The notes under the pieces: model-generated
Database searches by the model: none
Told to the model about the DNA's origin: nothing
Seen by the model: only the letters and a program-made list of their open reading frames with translations
IMG/VR virus record: IMGVR_UViG_3300031370_000003
Strand: one strand, 5' to 3'
Length of the DNA: 64,000 nt
Source: a virus
Lineage: Duplodnaviria; Heunggongvirae; Uroviricota; Caudoviricetes
Shown: positions 48,190 to 58,001 of the stretch, piece after piece
Layout of the letters: each line of letters opens with the position of its first letter
Numbering within the stretch: position 1 is the stretch's first letter
Program-made: the position numbers and the translations under genes

Positions 48190-48566
48190 CTATCGAATTG
48201 GCACCGGCGATGATTGAGAAAGCGCGCGAAGCAATTACCCGTTCTAACTTTTGGGAGTTTATCGACCGCACCATGACGCTTGAGCTGGCCGTGGCCAGCG
48301 CCAAATACGACGGCGAACGCGCCCCTAATCGTCTTCGCAAGGCGGCTAAAGCAATGCTCAACGTCGTTTACGATCCTCTTATGCGTCGATTCGTTGACGG
48401 TATCAGCAGTTCGAGCAAGGCGCTGGAAAAGCTGGATGAGCTAAAGGCATACCGCGACAGCCTGGTGACAAAGGTAGCCAACGAGTTCACCGAGGCGGAA
48501 AAGTTTGGTGACGTTGGTGAGTACCGCCGCCATCGGGCTGAGCGAATGACACGGAAGGCTGCTTGA
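48186..48566 (+). CDS. hypothetical protein
   Basis: 126-aa ORF, ATGA overlap. Confidence 0.35.
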   Translation: MTIELAPAMIEKAREAITRSNFWEFIDRTMTLELAVASAKYDGERAPNRLRKAAKAMLNVVYDPLMRRFVDGISSSSKALEKLDELKAYRDSLVTKVANEFTEAEKFGDVGEYRRHRAERMTRKAA

Positions 48567-48596
48567 TAATAAGGAGCCGTGCATAAAGCGCGGCTC

Positions 48597-49373
48597 TTAG
48601 GAAATTTCACCAACGATAACGTAGCCCGGAATATTTTTACTGCCTCCACTTGGAGTCCCTACTCCATATCTCATCGTCACTAAGTGACTTCCGCGCAAAT
48701 AAATTCGGGCGCCAGCAGCAAACACAATTTCTTTTTCATGACCTTGGTTGGTGTTTTTGTTTTTAAATATATAGGCTTTTGTCTTTGGGTCTTTAACCTT
48801 GAGTAAGGTTAGTTCGAGCCTTCCAGCATTTAAAGCATTAAAGTGCTTTTCAGCCAATCGAACACCTATTTGTGGGCATAGCGAGGTGGACAAAGGTCTC
48901 GTGGTGAAAAAGTCAGCTCCATTTCGGCTAAGCAACCCACCATGATAAACATATTGCCCATCAGGGAGGCATACTCCGACTTCATTGATTATTGAGTTAA
49001 CCTCTGGGTAATCATTACCGCTCTGATGACGTAATTGATAGTTCGACAAAGGTTTTGGAATTGCTGTAGGCATTGAACGTCTCCACTCAGCAAAGTTATT
49101 GTCCGTTTCAAGAAAATCATCAATATGTGACTCAATATCAGTGGCGCCGCGCTGCACCTGGTAAACAGCAGCTGCGTAGGGATCGTTAACTACAGCCAAT
49201 AGGCGTGTTCTGACGTCTCCCATTACGAAATGGTTATGTTGCCTGTAAAACGTTAAAAGTTCATCATGCGTCGGGCGGCGATGTTCCCACTCCTCAAAAG
49301 GATTCAGGAATGGGTTAACGATATTCAATGCTCCGCAATTACTGAGGATAAATTCTGATGCCATGATGAGCAA
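48597..49373 (-). CDS. hypothetical protein, partner of the adjacent nucleotidyltransferase (possible toxin/effector; weak ADP-ribosyltransferase-like motifs)
   Basis: Minus strand, overlaps the upstream NTase gene by 35 nt; contains YVYHGG, RPLSTSL and HEKE segments reminiscent of ART signature motifs (speculative). Confidence 0.4.
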   Translation of the reverse strand: MLIMASEFILSNCGALNIVNPFLNPFEEWEHRRPTHDELLTFYRQHNHFVMGDVRTRLLAVVNDPYAAAVYQVQRGATDIESHIDDFLETDNNFAEWRRSMPTAIPKPLSNYQLRHQSGNDYPEVNSIINEVGVCLPDGQYVYHGGLLSRNGADFFTTRPLSTSLCPQIGVRLAEKHFNALNAGRLELTLLKVKDPKTKAYIFKNKNTNQGHEKEIVFAAGARIYLRGSHLVTMRYGVGTPSGGSKNIPGYVIVGEIS

Positions 49374-49782
49374 TTACCCCAACAAACCCATGCTGCCCAA
49401 AGAAATTGAAGCCCGAGGTTTTATCAAAAATCACATCTAAAAGCCCACTGGAGGGTAATTCCGCATTGGCGAGAGCGAGGTCGTGAGTGAGGCGACTTTC
49501 AGACATTGAAATAAAATCAAATTTTACATGCTGATCGATTCCTTCATGCGGTAACCAATGCTTTAAGAGTGTTTCAAGGGCCTTGTGGGTTTTTGCCCAC
49601 TCATCACTACCATAACGACAAGCCAACTCATACACGGTGTCTTCAAAGACAAACACATAATCGTAATCTCTACCAGATCCTACCTGAGCCTGGCTACCAA
49701 CAAGGTAAATAGCCTTCAGAGGATTTCCAAGGTTCTGAGTTGCCGCCTTTACCACTAAATTATTGATTTGATTTAAGGACAT
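49339..49782 (-). CDS. minimal nucleotidyltransferase (Pol-beta superfamily MNT fold)
   Basis: Signature IYLVGSQAQVGSGRDYDYVFVFED (G-S ... D-x-D); 147 aa. Confidence 0.6.
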   Translation of the reverse strand: MSLNQINNLVVKAATQNLGNPLKAIYLVGSQAQVGSGRDYDYVFVFEDTVYELACRYGSDEWAKTHKALETLLKHWLPHEGIDQHVKFDFISMSESRLTHDLALANAELPSSGLLDVIFDKTSGFNFFGQHGFVGVIAHHGIRIYPQ

Positions 49783-49895
49783 ATACCCTCCCGGTAATAG
49801 GAAACCAAGATTACACCTTCAATTATCATCTGCCAACATTAAGTGCATTATGATAAATTTGCATAAAATAAAGTAACCAACTGGCTATCACGCAC

Positions 49896-50324
49896 ATGAA
49901 CAATATTCTTGATCAAATTATCATCGACCTTGAGTTTAATCGCGACGATCTTGAGGCGGTCTGGCAACGACAACCAGTGCTGCTCATGCAGTACGGTGCA
50001 AGACTGGCGCAGGCTGAAAGACAAGTGGCTGATGCTAAGCGCGGCCTCGATGCGGTTGAGGCCAAACTTTATGACACTCACCGTAAAGACTTGAGTATGA
50101 ACGGCATCAAGTTCAACGAATCAATCCTCGATGCCAAGGTAAAGACCAGCGTGAGCTACCTATCTCATCGACAAAAGCTGGATGATGCTCGTTACCTAGC
50201 TGACATGTACAAACATGCCGTTGCAGCCTTCAACCACCGAAAAGACATGATCGTGCAGGCATCTAAGCTCGCCATTATTGAAATCGAACGCATGGGTGCC
50301 GAACGTTTTAACCGCCCCTCCTGA
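49896..50324 (+). CDS. hypothetical protein
   Basis: 142-aa ORF, mostly helical. Confidence 0.4.
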   Translation: MNNILDQIIIDLEFNRDDLEAVWQRQPVLLMQYGARLAQAERQVADAKRGLDAVEAKLYDTHRKDLSMNGIKFNESILDAKVKTSVSYLSHRQKLDDARYLADMYKHAVAAFNHRKDMIVQASKLAIIEIERMGAERFNRPS

Positions 50325-50445
50325 CACCCTGTTTTTATATCTGTATTATAGCTAGTTAACCAGCTATTATGCGCTTGCTCGTTAGCGAGTCACGACTGCC
50401 CAAAGTGCAATGCACCCTCGGCCAAAAACAATAATGGAGAAACAC

Positions 50446-51450
50446 ATGTCATCAGCATTAATGAACCTTCTGAGCAAAGCTCGCGGCGACATCGCAGCTA
50501 AGCGTGGTAACAACGTCGATATGGCTCGCCTGAAGGATGGCGATAACTACCTGCGTCTGTTCCCAAACAAAGACGATCCTGACGGCGTCTTCTATCAAAC
50601 GTGGGGTATGCACTTCGTTAAGTACCAGAACGACGAAGGCAAAGAAGCAACCACCGCCTACGTGTGTGATCAGCACACCCATGGTCGTGCTTGCCAGCTG
50701 TGCGAAATGGTGATGGAAGGTAAAGCTCGTCACAAAGGCAACAAAGCAATGGAAGACCGCATTCAGGCAATGCGCGCTACTCCACGCTATCTGGTTAACG
50801 GCGTACTTTCTGCTCGTGAAGATTTCGCTGATGCGAAAGAAACCCAGCTGATTGAACTGCCAGCAACCGTGTTCGATGACATTCTGAAAGTTATCGGCGA
50901 AGACCTTTCCGATGAAATTGGTAACCCGCTGAGCAAAACTGAAGGCTATGCGTTCTGCATTACCCGTACCGGTTCTGGTCGCGACACCAAATACAGCGTC
51001 TCTCCTAAGCGCAAAGTCTTCAAAGGCAACATCGAAGACAAGTTCTGGAACAAGCAGCATGACCTGATTGCTTTCGCAAACCAGGCTGACGAAACCAAAT
51101 TGCTGGCTACCACGCGTCACATGAGCCGTCAGATTGGAATCGCTGCACCTTCTGCGATTGCCGCTGTTAAATCAACAACCACCTCAGCAGCAGCACTGCC
51201 AGGTTTCGGCTCCATCACCGGCCACGACGACGCCCCAGCCACTACTCACGGTGCAGCAGCTGTTGCGCGTGAAGAGACCCCGGCGCCATCGTCCATCGTT
51301 GATGAAGAAGTTGCTCGTGCGATTGAAGCTGAGTTCGTGCCAGAAGCTGAAAAAGTTGCTGAGCCAGCGGCGGCAACGCCAGCGGCAGAAGCACCTGCAG
51401 CAGCAGACCCGGCACTGGATTCACTTCTGGCTGAGCTGGAAGGTCTGTAA
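50446..51450 (+). CDS. single-stranded DNA-binding protein (T4 gp32-like)
   Basis: NYLRLFPNKDDPDG and Zn-site pattern C-DQHTHG-x-ACQLC resemble gp32 (IRFLPSKND... and His/Cys3 zinc site); acidic C-terminal tail; strong terminator downstream. Confidence 0.55.
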   Translation: MSSALMNLLSKARGDIAAKRGNNVDMARLKDGDNYLRLFPNKDDPDGVFYQTWGMHFVKYQNDEGKEATTAYVCDQHTHGRACQLCEMVMEGKARHKGNKAMEDRIQAMRATPRYLVNGVLSAREDFADAKETQLIELPATVFDDILKVIGEDLSDEIGNPLSKTEGYAFCITRTGSGRDTKYSVSPKRKVFKGNIEDKFWNKQHDLIAFANQADETKLLATTRHMSRQIGIAAPSAIAAVKSTTTSAAALPGFGSITGHDDAPATTHGAAAVAREETPAPSSIVDEEVARAIEAEFVPEAEKVAEPAAATPAAEAPAAADPALDSLLAELEGL

Positions 51451-51468
51451 TCGTCGAATAGACGGAAA

Positions 51469-51497
51469 GAAGGCGTCTTCGGACGCCTTACTTTTTG
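51469..51497 (+). terminator. rho-independent terminator
   Basis: AAGGCGTCTTCGGACGCCTT (UUCG loop) followed by ACTTTTTGG. Confidence 0.75.
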
Positions 51498-51510
51498 GAA
51501 GGAGCATACC

Positions 51511-52461
51511 TTGAACTACTTATTCGTCGATGGTAACAGCCTCGGCTACTACCACCAGCAGCAGAAAGAGAAACTTCACAACGGTGAAATGGAAGTGCAG
51601 GCGATTTTCGGCTTCGTCAAAAACGTTCGTCGTTACGCCTCCATCCTTCGCGCGCGGCCAATTGTCTTTTGGGACGGATTCAGCGATCGCCGCCGTTCGT
51701 TTTACCCAGAGTACAAAGCCAACCGAGACGACAACCCAGAAATGCTGAAGATGAAAGAAGGCTTTTCCAAGCAAAAGCCTTACATCGTCAACATGATGAA
51801 AGTGCTGGGCGTAAACCAGTTCACGGCCAAAGATGGCGAAGCTGATGATCTGGCCGGCATGTTCGTTGAGAAGTTAGTTGATTCACCTGCAGTCGAGCAC
51901 ATCTATCTGCTCACAGGCGATCAGGACTGGCTTCAGCTGGTTAGCGAAAAGGTTACATGGGTGACAGTACGAGCCGACGCCCAGCATAAACAGATCAACT
52001 TCGAACAGTTTTCGGAGCTTACTGGCTATGCAACTCCCCGCGGCTTTCTCGAAGGTAAAGCACTCCAGGGCGACAAGTCCGACAATATTGCTGCTGTAGG
52101 TGGCATTGGTGACGGTGGCGCCAAGGAGATCATTGCGGAGTACGGCAGCGTTGTAACGATGGTGCGGGGCATTATGGACGGCAGCATTGTCATCGACAAA
52201 GGTCGCCATAAAACAGCATTCAACAACCTGGCCAAGAACGCTTTCAACGAGAAAACCAAATGTCGGATGCTCGAAGCCTTCAAGCGCAACATGTCACTGA
52301 TGAACCTCATCAAAACTCAATTCCCACCGACTGTAATCGAGCCAGTAAAAGCTGAGCGCGACCAGAAAGCATTTGAGCAGATGTGCCTAGAGCTTAACTT
52401 CCGGTCGTTCCTTGAAGATATGGACGTGTTCAAGCTGCCATTCGAAAGGTACTGCGCATGA
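51511..52461 (+). CDS. flap endonuclease / 5'-3' exonuclease (RNase H-like)
   Basis: FVDGNSLGYY, YKANRD, GEADDL, LLTGDQDWLQL motifs characteristic of the 5' nuclease family. Confidence 0.75.
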   Translation: MNYLFVDGNSLGYYHQQQKEKLHNGEMEVQAIFGFVKNVRRYASILRARPIVFWDGFSDRRRSFYPEYKANRDDNPEMLKMKEGFSKQKPYIVNMMKVLGVNQFTAKDGEADDLAGMFVEKLVDSPAVEHIYLLTGDQDWLQLVSEKVTWVTVRADAQHKQINFEQFSELTGYATPRGFLEGKALQGDKSDNIAAVGGIGDGGAKEIIAEYGSVVTMVRGIMDGSIVIDKGRHKTAFNNLAKNAFNEKTKCRMLEAFKRNMSLMNLIKTQFPPTVIEPVKAERDQKAFEQMCLELNFRSFLEDMDVFKLPFERYCA

Positions 52462-52723
52462 TCCGCTCTTTGTTCACCGGACACCCATCAACCTACACCG
52501 CGCTGGCCAAAGAGGTCGTTTTCCTTCATGGGGAAAGCGCAGTGACCTGTCTGCCAACAATTCTGTCACGAGCCGGGATGAGCGTTACCAAACGCGAGCT
52601 GGGGCAGGTTTCAGATCAGGTTGTGAAAATGCTTTCACGCGTAAAGAAAAACCTTAATTGCGACTCGATTGAGTGGAACGAGGCGAAAGCCGCAGAACGT
52701 ATAAAACCACAAGGATAAAACAC

Positions 52724-53803
52724 ATGGCTAAATCAAAACTCGCTCAGGCGCTAAATAAGGCGCTGGGTAAAAACGACAGCATTCAGAAAGTAGAACAATG
52801 GCTGGACACTGGCTACCCTCCATTGAATCGTGCGATCTCCGGGCGGTATGACGGTGGGCTTCCAGCTGGCCGCATTGTGGAAATCTTCGGTCCACCATCT
52901 GCAGGCAAAACGTTCCTCGCAACCAAAGCGATGATCGCGGCGCAGCGTATGGGTGGCGTTGCTGCATTCTTTGACCACGAAAACAGCTTTGATGTTGGCC
53001 TGGCCGTGGGCATGGGATTAGACGCCGACGAAGATGAAGGCTATTGGGTGTACAAGCAGCCAAACACCTTTGAAGAATCAGTTGAGAACATCGGCATCCT
53101 CCTGAACACGATCCGCAGCAACGAGCTTATTCCAGCCGATGCCCCGATCGTCATCGTTACCGACTCGCTGGCATCAATGGTTCCTCGCTCTAAGGCAGAG
53201 AAGTTCACCAAGATGGCCGAGGGTACAGCGAAGGATAAAGATGAGCTGAACATGAACGACAACACGGCTCTGGCGCGCGCGACCTCTGCGAACTTCCCTA
53301 CTCTTGCCCAATGGTGTCGCCAGTACAACTGTCTGTTGATCGTGCTTAACCAGGTGCGCACAAAACTCGGCGTGATGTTTGGCGACCCAACAACTTCACC
53401 CGGTGGCGACTCACCGAAGTTTTACGCGTCCGTGCGCATTCGTCTGGGTGCGAGCCAGCTGAAAGACGGCAAAGAAAAGATCGGTCAATGCGTTGGTGCT
53501 GAAGTCGTTAAAAACAAAGTGGCGCCACCGTTTGAGAAATGTAGCTGGAACTTCTACTACGACACCGGTCGCGGCCTCGATGTCGTTGAGTCTCTGGTGG
53601 AGCACATGCTTGAAGATGGCTTGCTGCCGAAGAACGCCAGCGGCCGCGTTGAAATCGGTGATAAGAAATACACCAAATCCCAGATCGTTGAACTGTATCG
53701 CCAGAAGCCGTTAGAGGAAATCGTGGCCGCGCTGGCCAAGATCGACAGTGACAAACGCGCAAAAGCAGAAGCAGAAAAGGAAGCCACTTCCGAAGCTGAA
53801 TAA
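52724..53803 (+). CDS. RecA-family recombinase
   Basis: GRIVEIFGPPSAGKTFLA (Walker A) closely matches RecA GRIVEIYGPESSGKTT; start ATG 52724 carries the AAAACACATG context. Confidence 0.8.
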   Translation: MAKSKLAQALNKALGKNDSIQKVEQWLDTGYPPLNRAISGRYDGGLPAGRIVEIFGPPSAGKTFLATKAMIAAQRMGGVAAFFDHENSFDVGLAVGMGLDADEDEGYWVYKQPNTFEESVENIGILLNTIRSNELIPADAPIVIVTDSLASMVPRSKAEKFTKMAEGTAKDKDELNMNDNTALARATSANFPTLAQWCRQYNCLLIVLNQVRTKLGVMFGDPTTSPGGDSPKFYASVRIRLGASQLKDGKEKIGQCVGAEVVKNKVAPPFEKCSWNFYYDTGRGLDVVESLVEHMLEDGLLPKNASGRVEIGDKKYTKSQIVELYRQKPLEEIVAALAKIDSDKRAKAEAEKEATSEAE

Positions 53804-53825
53804 GGCCAACTAATAGCCATTTAAA

Positions 53826-53860
53826 CGAGGGGGGCTAACGCACCCCTTCTTTTTTGGTTG
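53826..53860 (+). terminator. probable rho-independent terminator
   Basis: GC-rich imperfect hairpin AGGGGGGCTAACGCACCCCT followed by TCTTTTTTGG. Confidence 0.5.
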
Positions 53861-53917
53861 CAATTAGGTAGGTAACTACCTATTTTATGTAAGCACTATA
53901 AAATATTGGAAAAACAC

Positions 53918-54106
53918 ATGATTAAGTTCTACACCTTCACAATTGGAGTGATTGCATCTGCCTTAGCGGTGTATCGATTCATTGTGCCAGCACTGTTCTC
54001 ACTGAGTGATGATTTCGCCATGGTTTTGGCCGTTGTAATCGCTCTTTCTTATCCGGTCGCCCTGGTGACCATCTCTAAAAAAGTATGGAAACGCAAAAAG
54101 AAATGA
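53918..54106 (+). CDS. small membrane protein
   Basis: 62 aa, two hydrophobic segments; AAAACACATG context. Confidence 0.35.
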   Translation: MIKFYTFTIGVIASALAVYRFIVPALFSLSDDFAMVLAVVIALSYPVALVTISKKVWKRKKK

Positions 54107-54948
54107 AAAAGGTAATTGTCGCGCTGCTATTAGCAGCATCCGCATTCACGCTGACAGCGTGTGATCGTGAAACCGTACCTGCGGGCTACGTTGGTGTGAA
54201 AGTCGATCTGTATGGCACTGAGAAGGGCGTACAGCAGCAGGTTGTTGGTGTTGGCCGCTACTGGCTGACCATTAACGAAGAACTGTACAAGTTCCCAACG
54301 TTTAACCAGCTGCACACGTATCATGACCCGTTCGTCTTCCAGACTTCGGACAGCATGACCATCTCCGCGCATGTTGGCGTTGAGTACGCTGTAGAACCTG
54401 ACAAGGTGGCCAAAGTCTTCCAAACGTACCGCAAAGGCGTTGATGACATTACCACCAGCAATCTACGTCAGAACATCTCGGACGCACTGATTAAGCACTC
54501 CACCGACATGAACATAACTCAGCTGGCTGCCGGTGGAAAAACCAAGCTGCTCGATGAAGTGACCAAAGATCTGCGCGCCGGTCTTGAGCCTATTGGCATC
54601 CACATCGTGAAACTGAGCTGGACGACTGACCTGGATTATCCAAAGCAGGTTAAAGACTCCATTAACGCCAAGATCGAAGCAAACCAGAAAGCAGCGCGGG
54701 TAGAGAACGAAGTCGCTCAATCCAAAGCTGAAGCCCAAAAGGCTATCGAGTTGGCGCGAGGTGAAGCCGAATCCAATCGCATTCGTGCTGAAGCGGAGGC
54801 TAACGCTATCACCCTGCGCGGCCAGGCGCTTCGTAGTAATCCTGAAGTGCTGCAACTGGAGGCGATCAATCGCTGGGATGGCAAGACGCCTGTTTATGTC
54901 GCTGGAGGCGGCAATAGCGCCCCACCATTCGTACAGTTCAAGCCGTAA
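54085..54948 (+). CDS. SPFH/band-7 (prohibitin/HflC-like) lipoprotein
   Basis: Lipobox LTAC after a signal peptide; SPFH-type core with C-terminal coiled coil (EAQKAIELARGEAESNRIRAEAEANA). Confidence 0.65.
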   Translation: METQKEMKKVIVALLLAASAFTLTACDRETVPAGYVGVKVDLYGTEKGVQQQVVGVGRYWLTINEELYKFPTFNQLHTYHDPFVFQTSDSMTISAHVGVEYAVEPDKVAKVFQTYRKGVDDITTSNLRQNISDALIKHSTDMNITQLAAGGKTKLLDEVTKDLRAGLEPIGIHIVKLSWTTDLDYPKQVKDSINAKIEANQKAARVENEVAQSKAEAQKAIELARGEAESNRIRAEAEANAITLRGQALRSNPEVLQLEAINRWDGKTPVYVAGGGNSAPPFVQFKP

Positions 54949-54954
54949 CAAACA

Positions 54955-54985
54955 CAAGGCGTCCAGTTGGACGCCTTTTTCTTTC
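54955..54985 (+). terminator. rho-independent terminator
   Basis: AAGGCGTCCAGTTGGACGCCTT then TTTCTTTC. Confidence 0.75.
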
Positions 54986-55023
54986 TGTCATTATGACCCA
55001 TAAGAAAACAACTTGTTTGCTGA

Positions 55024-55266
55024 GTGAATATGAAATTCAAATACATACCACTTATTGACGTTACAACGCCCCGCTCTTTTCGGATCGCGATAGTTGACTG
55101 CTATTGGCTGACCAAGAGAGAGAACGTTGTAACTAATGAGCGTTACGGGAACTACATGTACAACTCAGACAGACGCGTTGTGGAACGAGTATTCGAACGT
55201 CACATTCAAGAGGATGGTTACAGTGTCACACATATCCCCCTCGCGTTTATTGAAAGGAGAGATTAA
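55024..55266 (+). CDS. small hypothetical protein
   Basis: 80-aa ORF. Confidence 0.3.
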   Translation: MNMKFKYIPLIDVTTPRSFRIAIVDCYWLTKRENVVTNERYGNYMYNSDRRVVERVFERHIQEDGYSVTHIPLAFIERRD

Positions 55267-55968
55267 GTGTCTTTTGCATTAGAACCCATTGAACCAGAAA
55301 TGACCCAGGTTCGGGGCGATAACGTTTCAAACCACCCTGCTTTTGGGATGGTTTCAGTAAACCGCATCCACTCAACCGGCACGACCTTATTCGCTTCTGA
55401 CCTTCGCCATGCTGAAATCATAGAGCTGGAGATCTACCAAGGCCAGATGGTTGAAAGGGATGGTGTGCAAAACCCGGCGCGCGCTACACGACGCCCTATA
55501 ACATCCATCAGCCTCAGTTCAGCTCAATGGGCGACTCTGGTTTGCAGCTTTGGCCTCGGCGAAGGTGTTCCATGTACGCTCATTCGCACTAAAACCGGCG
55601 ATAGCGTTCGCATCCCTCCCATCAAACGAATTGAGTCCACGCGTCAGCGATTCGACCGGAACATTGAAGAAGCAGCCCAGCGCCAGCTGGCAAACCTTGC
55701 AGAAGATCTGCAATCACTCAGAACTTTAGTGGCCAAGGGGAAAGCCGGTAAGCGAGAGCTGGAAGAATTGTACCGTTCAATGTCTGCCCATCTGGGCAAC
55801 CTGCCTAAAAACCTCTCGTTCTCAACCCAACTGATCCAAGAGTCGATGGACAGCATTGTGTCAGCCGGAAAAGCCGAATTAGAAGCGTCAGCCGTTGGCG
55901 TGGCACTTCGCCTGGGGATCAAAGAGATTGGCCGCTTGGCCGAACTGGAGAACAAAACTCATGAGTAA
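55267..55968 (+). CDS. hypothetical protein
   Basis: 233-aa ORF (GTG start in the track; first ATG at 55300). Confidence 0.35.
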   Translation: MSFALEPIEPEMTQVRGDNVSNHPAFGMVSVNRIHSTGTTLFASDLRHAEIIELEIYQGQMVERDGVQNPARATRRPITSISLSSAQWATLVCSFGLGEGVPCTLIRTKTGDSVRIPPIKRIESTRQRFDRNIEEAAQRQLANLAEDLQSLRTLVAKGKAGKRELEELYRSMSAHLGNLPKNLSFSTQLIQESMDSIVSAGKAELEASAVGVALRLGIKEIGRLAELENKTHE

Positions 55969-56317
55969 CATCGAAGGTATCAAATGGGTGGCTGATGGCG
56001 AGCCAAATTTCTACACCCTGGTTGCTGGCAAGAACTGGTTCGGAAAACTCCAGCTTAACGGAGAGATTCACACCGTCGCTCAGGAGAAGTTTTTAAATGG
56101 CCTGTTCCCACACTTGAAAGAAGAGGCGAGCAAGTCAGCAACGCCTCTCACACCGGTAGAAATCATCCAAATCATGATCGATTGGCTGGAGTGTAACGTG
56201 GACATGGGCGCACCTATCATCTTTGACAATGATGATGACAACACGGATTCGGCAAAAGCCTTGCCAGCTATGTATGAAGCGCTGCGCATCCTTCGAGGCA
56301 TAGGGGAGCAATCTTGA
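55961..56317 (+). CDS. hypothetical protein
   Basis: ATG 55961 overlaps the previous stop; 118 aa. Confidence 0.35.
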   Translation: MSNIEGIKWVADGEPNFYTLVAGKNWFGKLQLNGEIHTVAQEKFLNGLFPHLKEEASKSATPLTPVEIIQIMIDWLECNVDMGAPIIFDNDDDNTDSAKALPAMYEALRILRGIGEQS

Positions 56318-56657
56318 CTGTGGTATGCGAAAGCGTGTGGCCTGGCGTCGATTGGTTCACTCCGGGTAAGGAGTATAGCGGTGTGTCAGATTCTGATGGC
56401 CAGGCGCTGCATACCACTGACGACTTTGGCGAGGATGCCCTGATCTTCATTGACCATTCTCACCACGGCATCTTCAAAACTAAGAAGGATTAACTGATGG
56501 CAAGACAGCATAAAGATGACAAGGCAGCTGAGCGCCAGAGATGGATTGCAGAAGGCGTAGAACTCGCCATAAGTCACCTTGAAAGATCTGACTTTGGTGA
56601 AGAAAACGACATTCGCCTACTTCGCGAATTATCTACAAAACTCAAAAAGGAAATGCC

Positions 56658-57104
56658 ATGACCAGTAAACCAAAGGGAAGCGCTCTTGCAGCGCTTTACA
56701 GCGCTTCTAACGCTGCGCTTGATGAAGTAGACCAGTTAAGAGCGGATGGCTTCCCGCAGCCATTGTGGGCTGAATCCATGCGTACTGCGATTGGGGAAAT
56801 GGGCGCGCCCGATGTGGCTGAGAATGAGCAGCCCTGGCAAAAACTGATCCGCGTGTATGCCGAAGATATTGGGCCGACACCGGAACCAGAGCAGGCATTG
56901 CTGCTGAAGCTGTTCAAGGAGGCGGGTGAAAACTTACCAATTTGGCCAGGCACTTGCCATGAGGTGTTTCATTCGCAATTTAGAAAGATCGACATCTTTG
57001 AAAATTCCGTTGAGAGCAAAGAGGCAATCGTCTGGTTTCTTCTTCACCTCGATGATTGCTTCCCCCGCGTAGCCGCGAAAATGTGGCCTGTAGATAAAGA
57101 TTAA
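56658..57104 (+). CDS. hypothetical protein
   Basis: 148-aa ORF; preceded by a 54-aa ORF (56497..56661) with ATGA overlap. Confidence 0.4.
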   Translation: MTSKPKGSALAALYSASNAALDEVDQLRADGFPQPLWAESMRTAIGEMGAPDVAENEQPWQKLIRVYAEDIGPTPEPEQALLLKLFKEAGENLPIWPGTCHEVFHSQFRKIDIFENSVESKEAIVWFLLHLDDCFPRVAAKMWPVDKD

Positions 57105-57164
57105 TCGCCTTTTTAAGTTAAATATAATTAAGTAACCAACAACTTATAATAAGGGTATAAACAC

Positions 57165-57434
57165 ATGAAAACGCTTGTCAGAATCCACTCAAGTTGTGAC
57201 TTCTCAGTCTTCCCTCTTTTCATCGTTGAAGCAGAGAATGAAGAGTCAATGGACGAGGCCATTGAACGCGCTATTAACCGATGCACCGGTTATGAAGATG
57301 ACCAGATAACCGTTGACGATAGCAATGTGCGCTGGCGCGGTAGCCAATGCTGGTATCAGGAAGACACGCAACCGCTTTCCAATGAGGATGCAGAAACACT
57401 GGTGAGGATCTTATCGTTAGAAACCTACAGCTAA
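57165..57434 (+). CDS. hypothetical protein
   Basis: 89-aa ORF with AAACACATG context. Confidence 0.4.
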   Translation: MKTLVRIHSSCDFSVFPLFIVEAENEESMDEAIERAINRCTGYEDDQITVDDSNVRWRGSQCWYQEDTQPLSNEDAETLVRILSLETYS

Positions 57435-57635
57435 CACTTTCCTTACATTTCAAAAATAGGTTACTATCTACCTATCTTATGGGGTTCGCATGACAGTAGC
57501 TTTGCAATTAACCTCTCTCCTTCTGGTAGTTTTATGCCATCAGTTGAAGAAAGCCTTCGAGCCAATGCCCGGGCGCATTTATTACGCCTTCATGCTCAGC
57601 ACCGCATTATTCATGTTTCTTTCACCGGTGCTGAA

Positions 57636-58001
57636 ATGAAGTGGGTCCCGTTAACCGCATTAATGATGCTTCCCGCTTTAGTCCAGGCTAACGATCTGAA
57701 AACGTTGCAGTGTCACGCTGCAATCATTCATTCAGCGGGCCAGCGAATCACTGGAGTTTCAGAGCGCATGACCGGTGCGCTGGTCGTTGACAGCGGTATG
57801 GAGTTTTACGCGCTGCTCGACTCTAAGGTTTACAAGTCTCCCCCGCTGAAATCGCGGAAGAAGATGAAATTTGGTGTTGGCTCGGATGGCCAGACCTTTA
57901 TTAAAAAGGATGCCGTGTACAGCGTGTCTTCTCAGGACACCAGTATCATATTTGACGAGTGTTCCGAGGTTAGTAATGATTTACACCATGCAGAAAAGTG
58001 A
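57636..58001 (+). CDS. secreted/periplasmic protein (signal peptide)
   Basis: MKWVPLTALMMLPALVQA signal peptide; start chosen at ATG 57636 within ORF 57534..58001. Confidence 0.4.
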   Translation: MKWVPLTALMMLPALVQANDLKTLQCHAAIIHSAGQRITGVSERMTGALVVDSGMEFYALLDSKVYKSPPLKSRKKMKFGVGSDGQTFIKKDAVYSVSSQDTSIIFDECSEVSNDLHHAEK

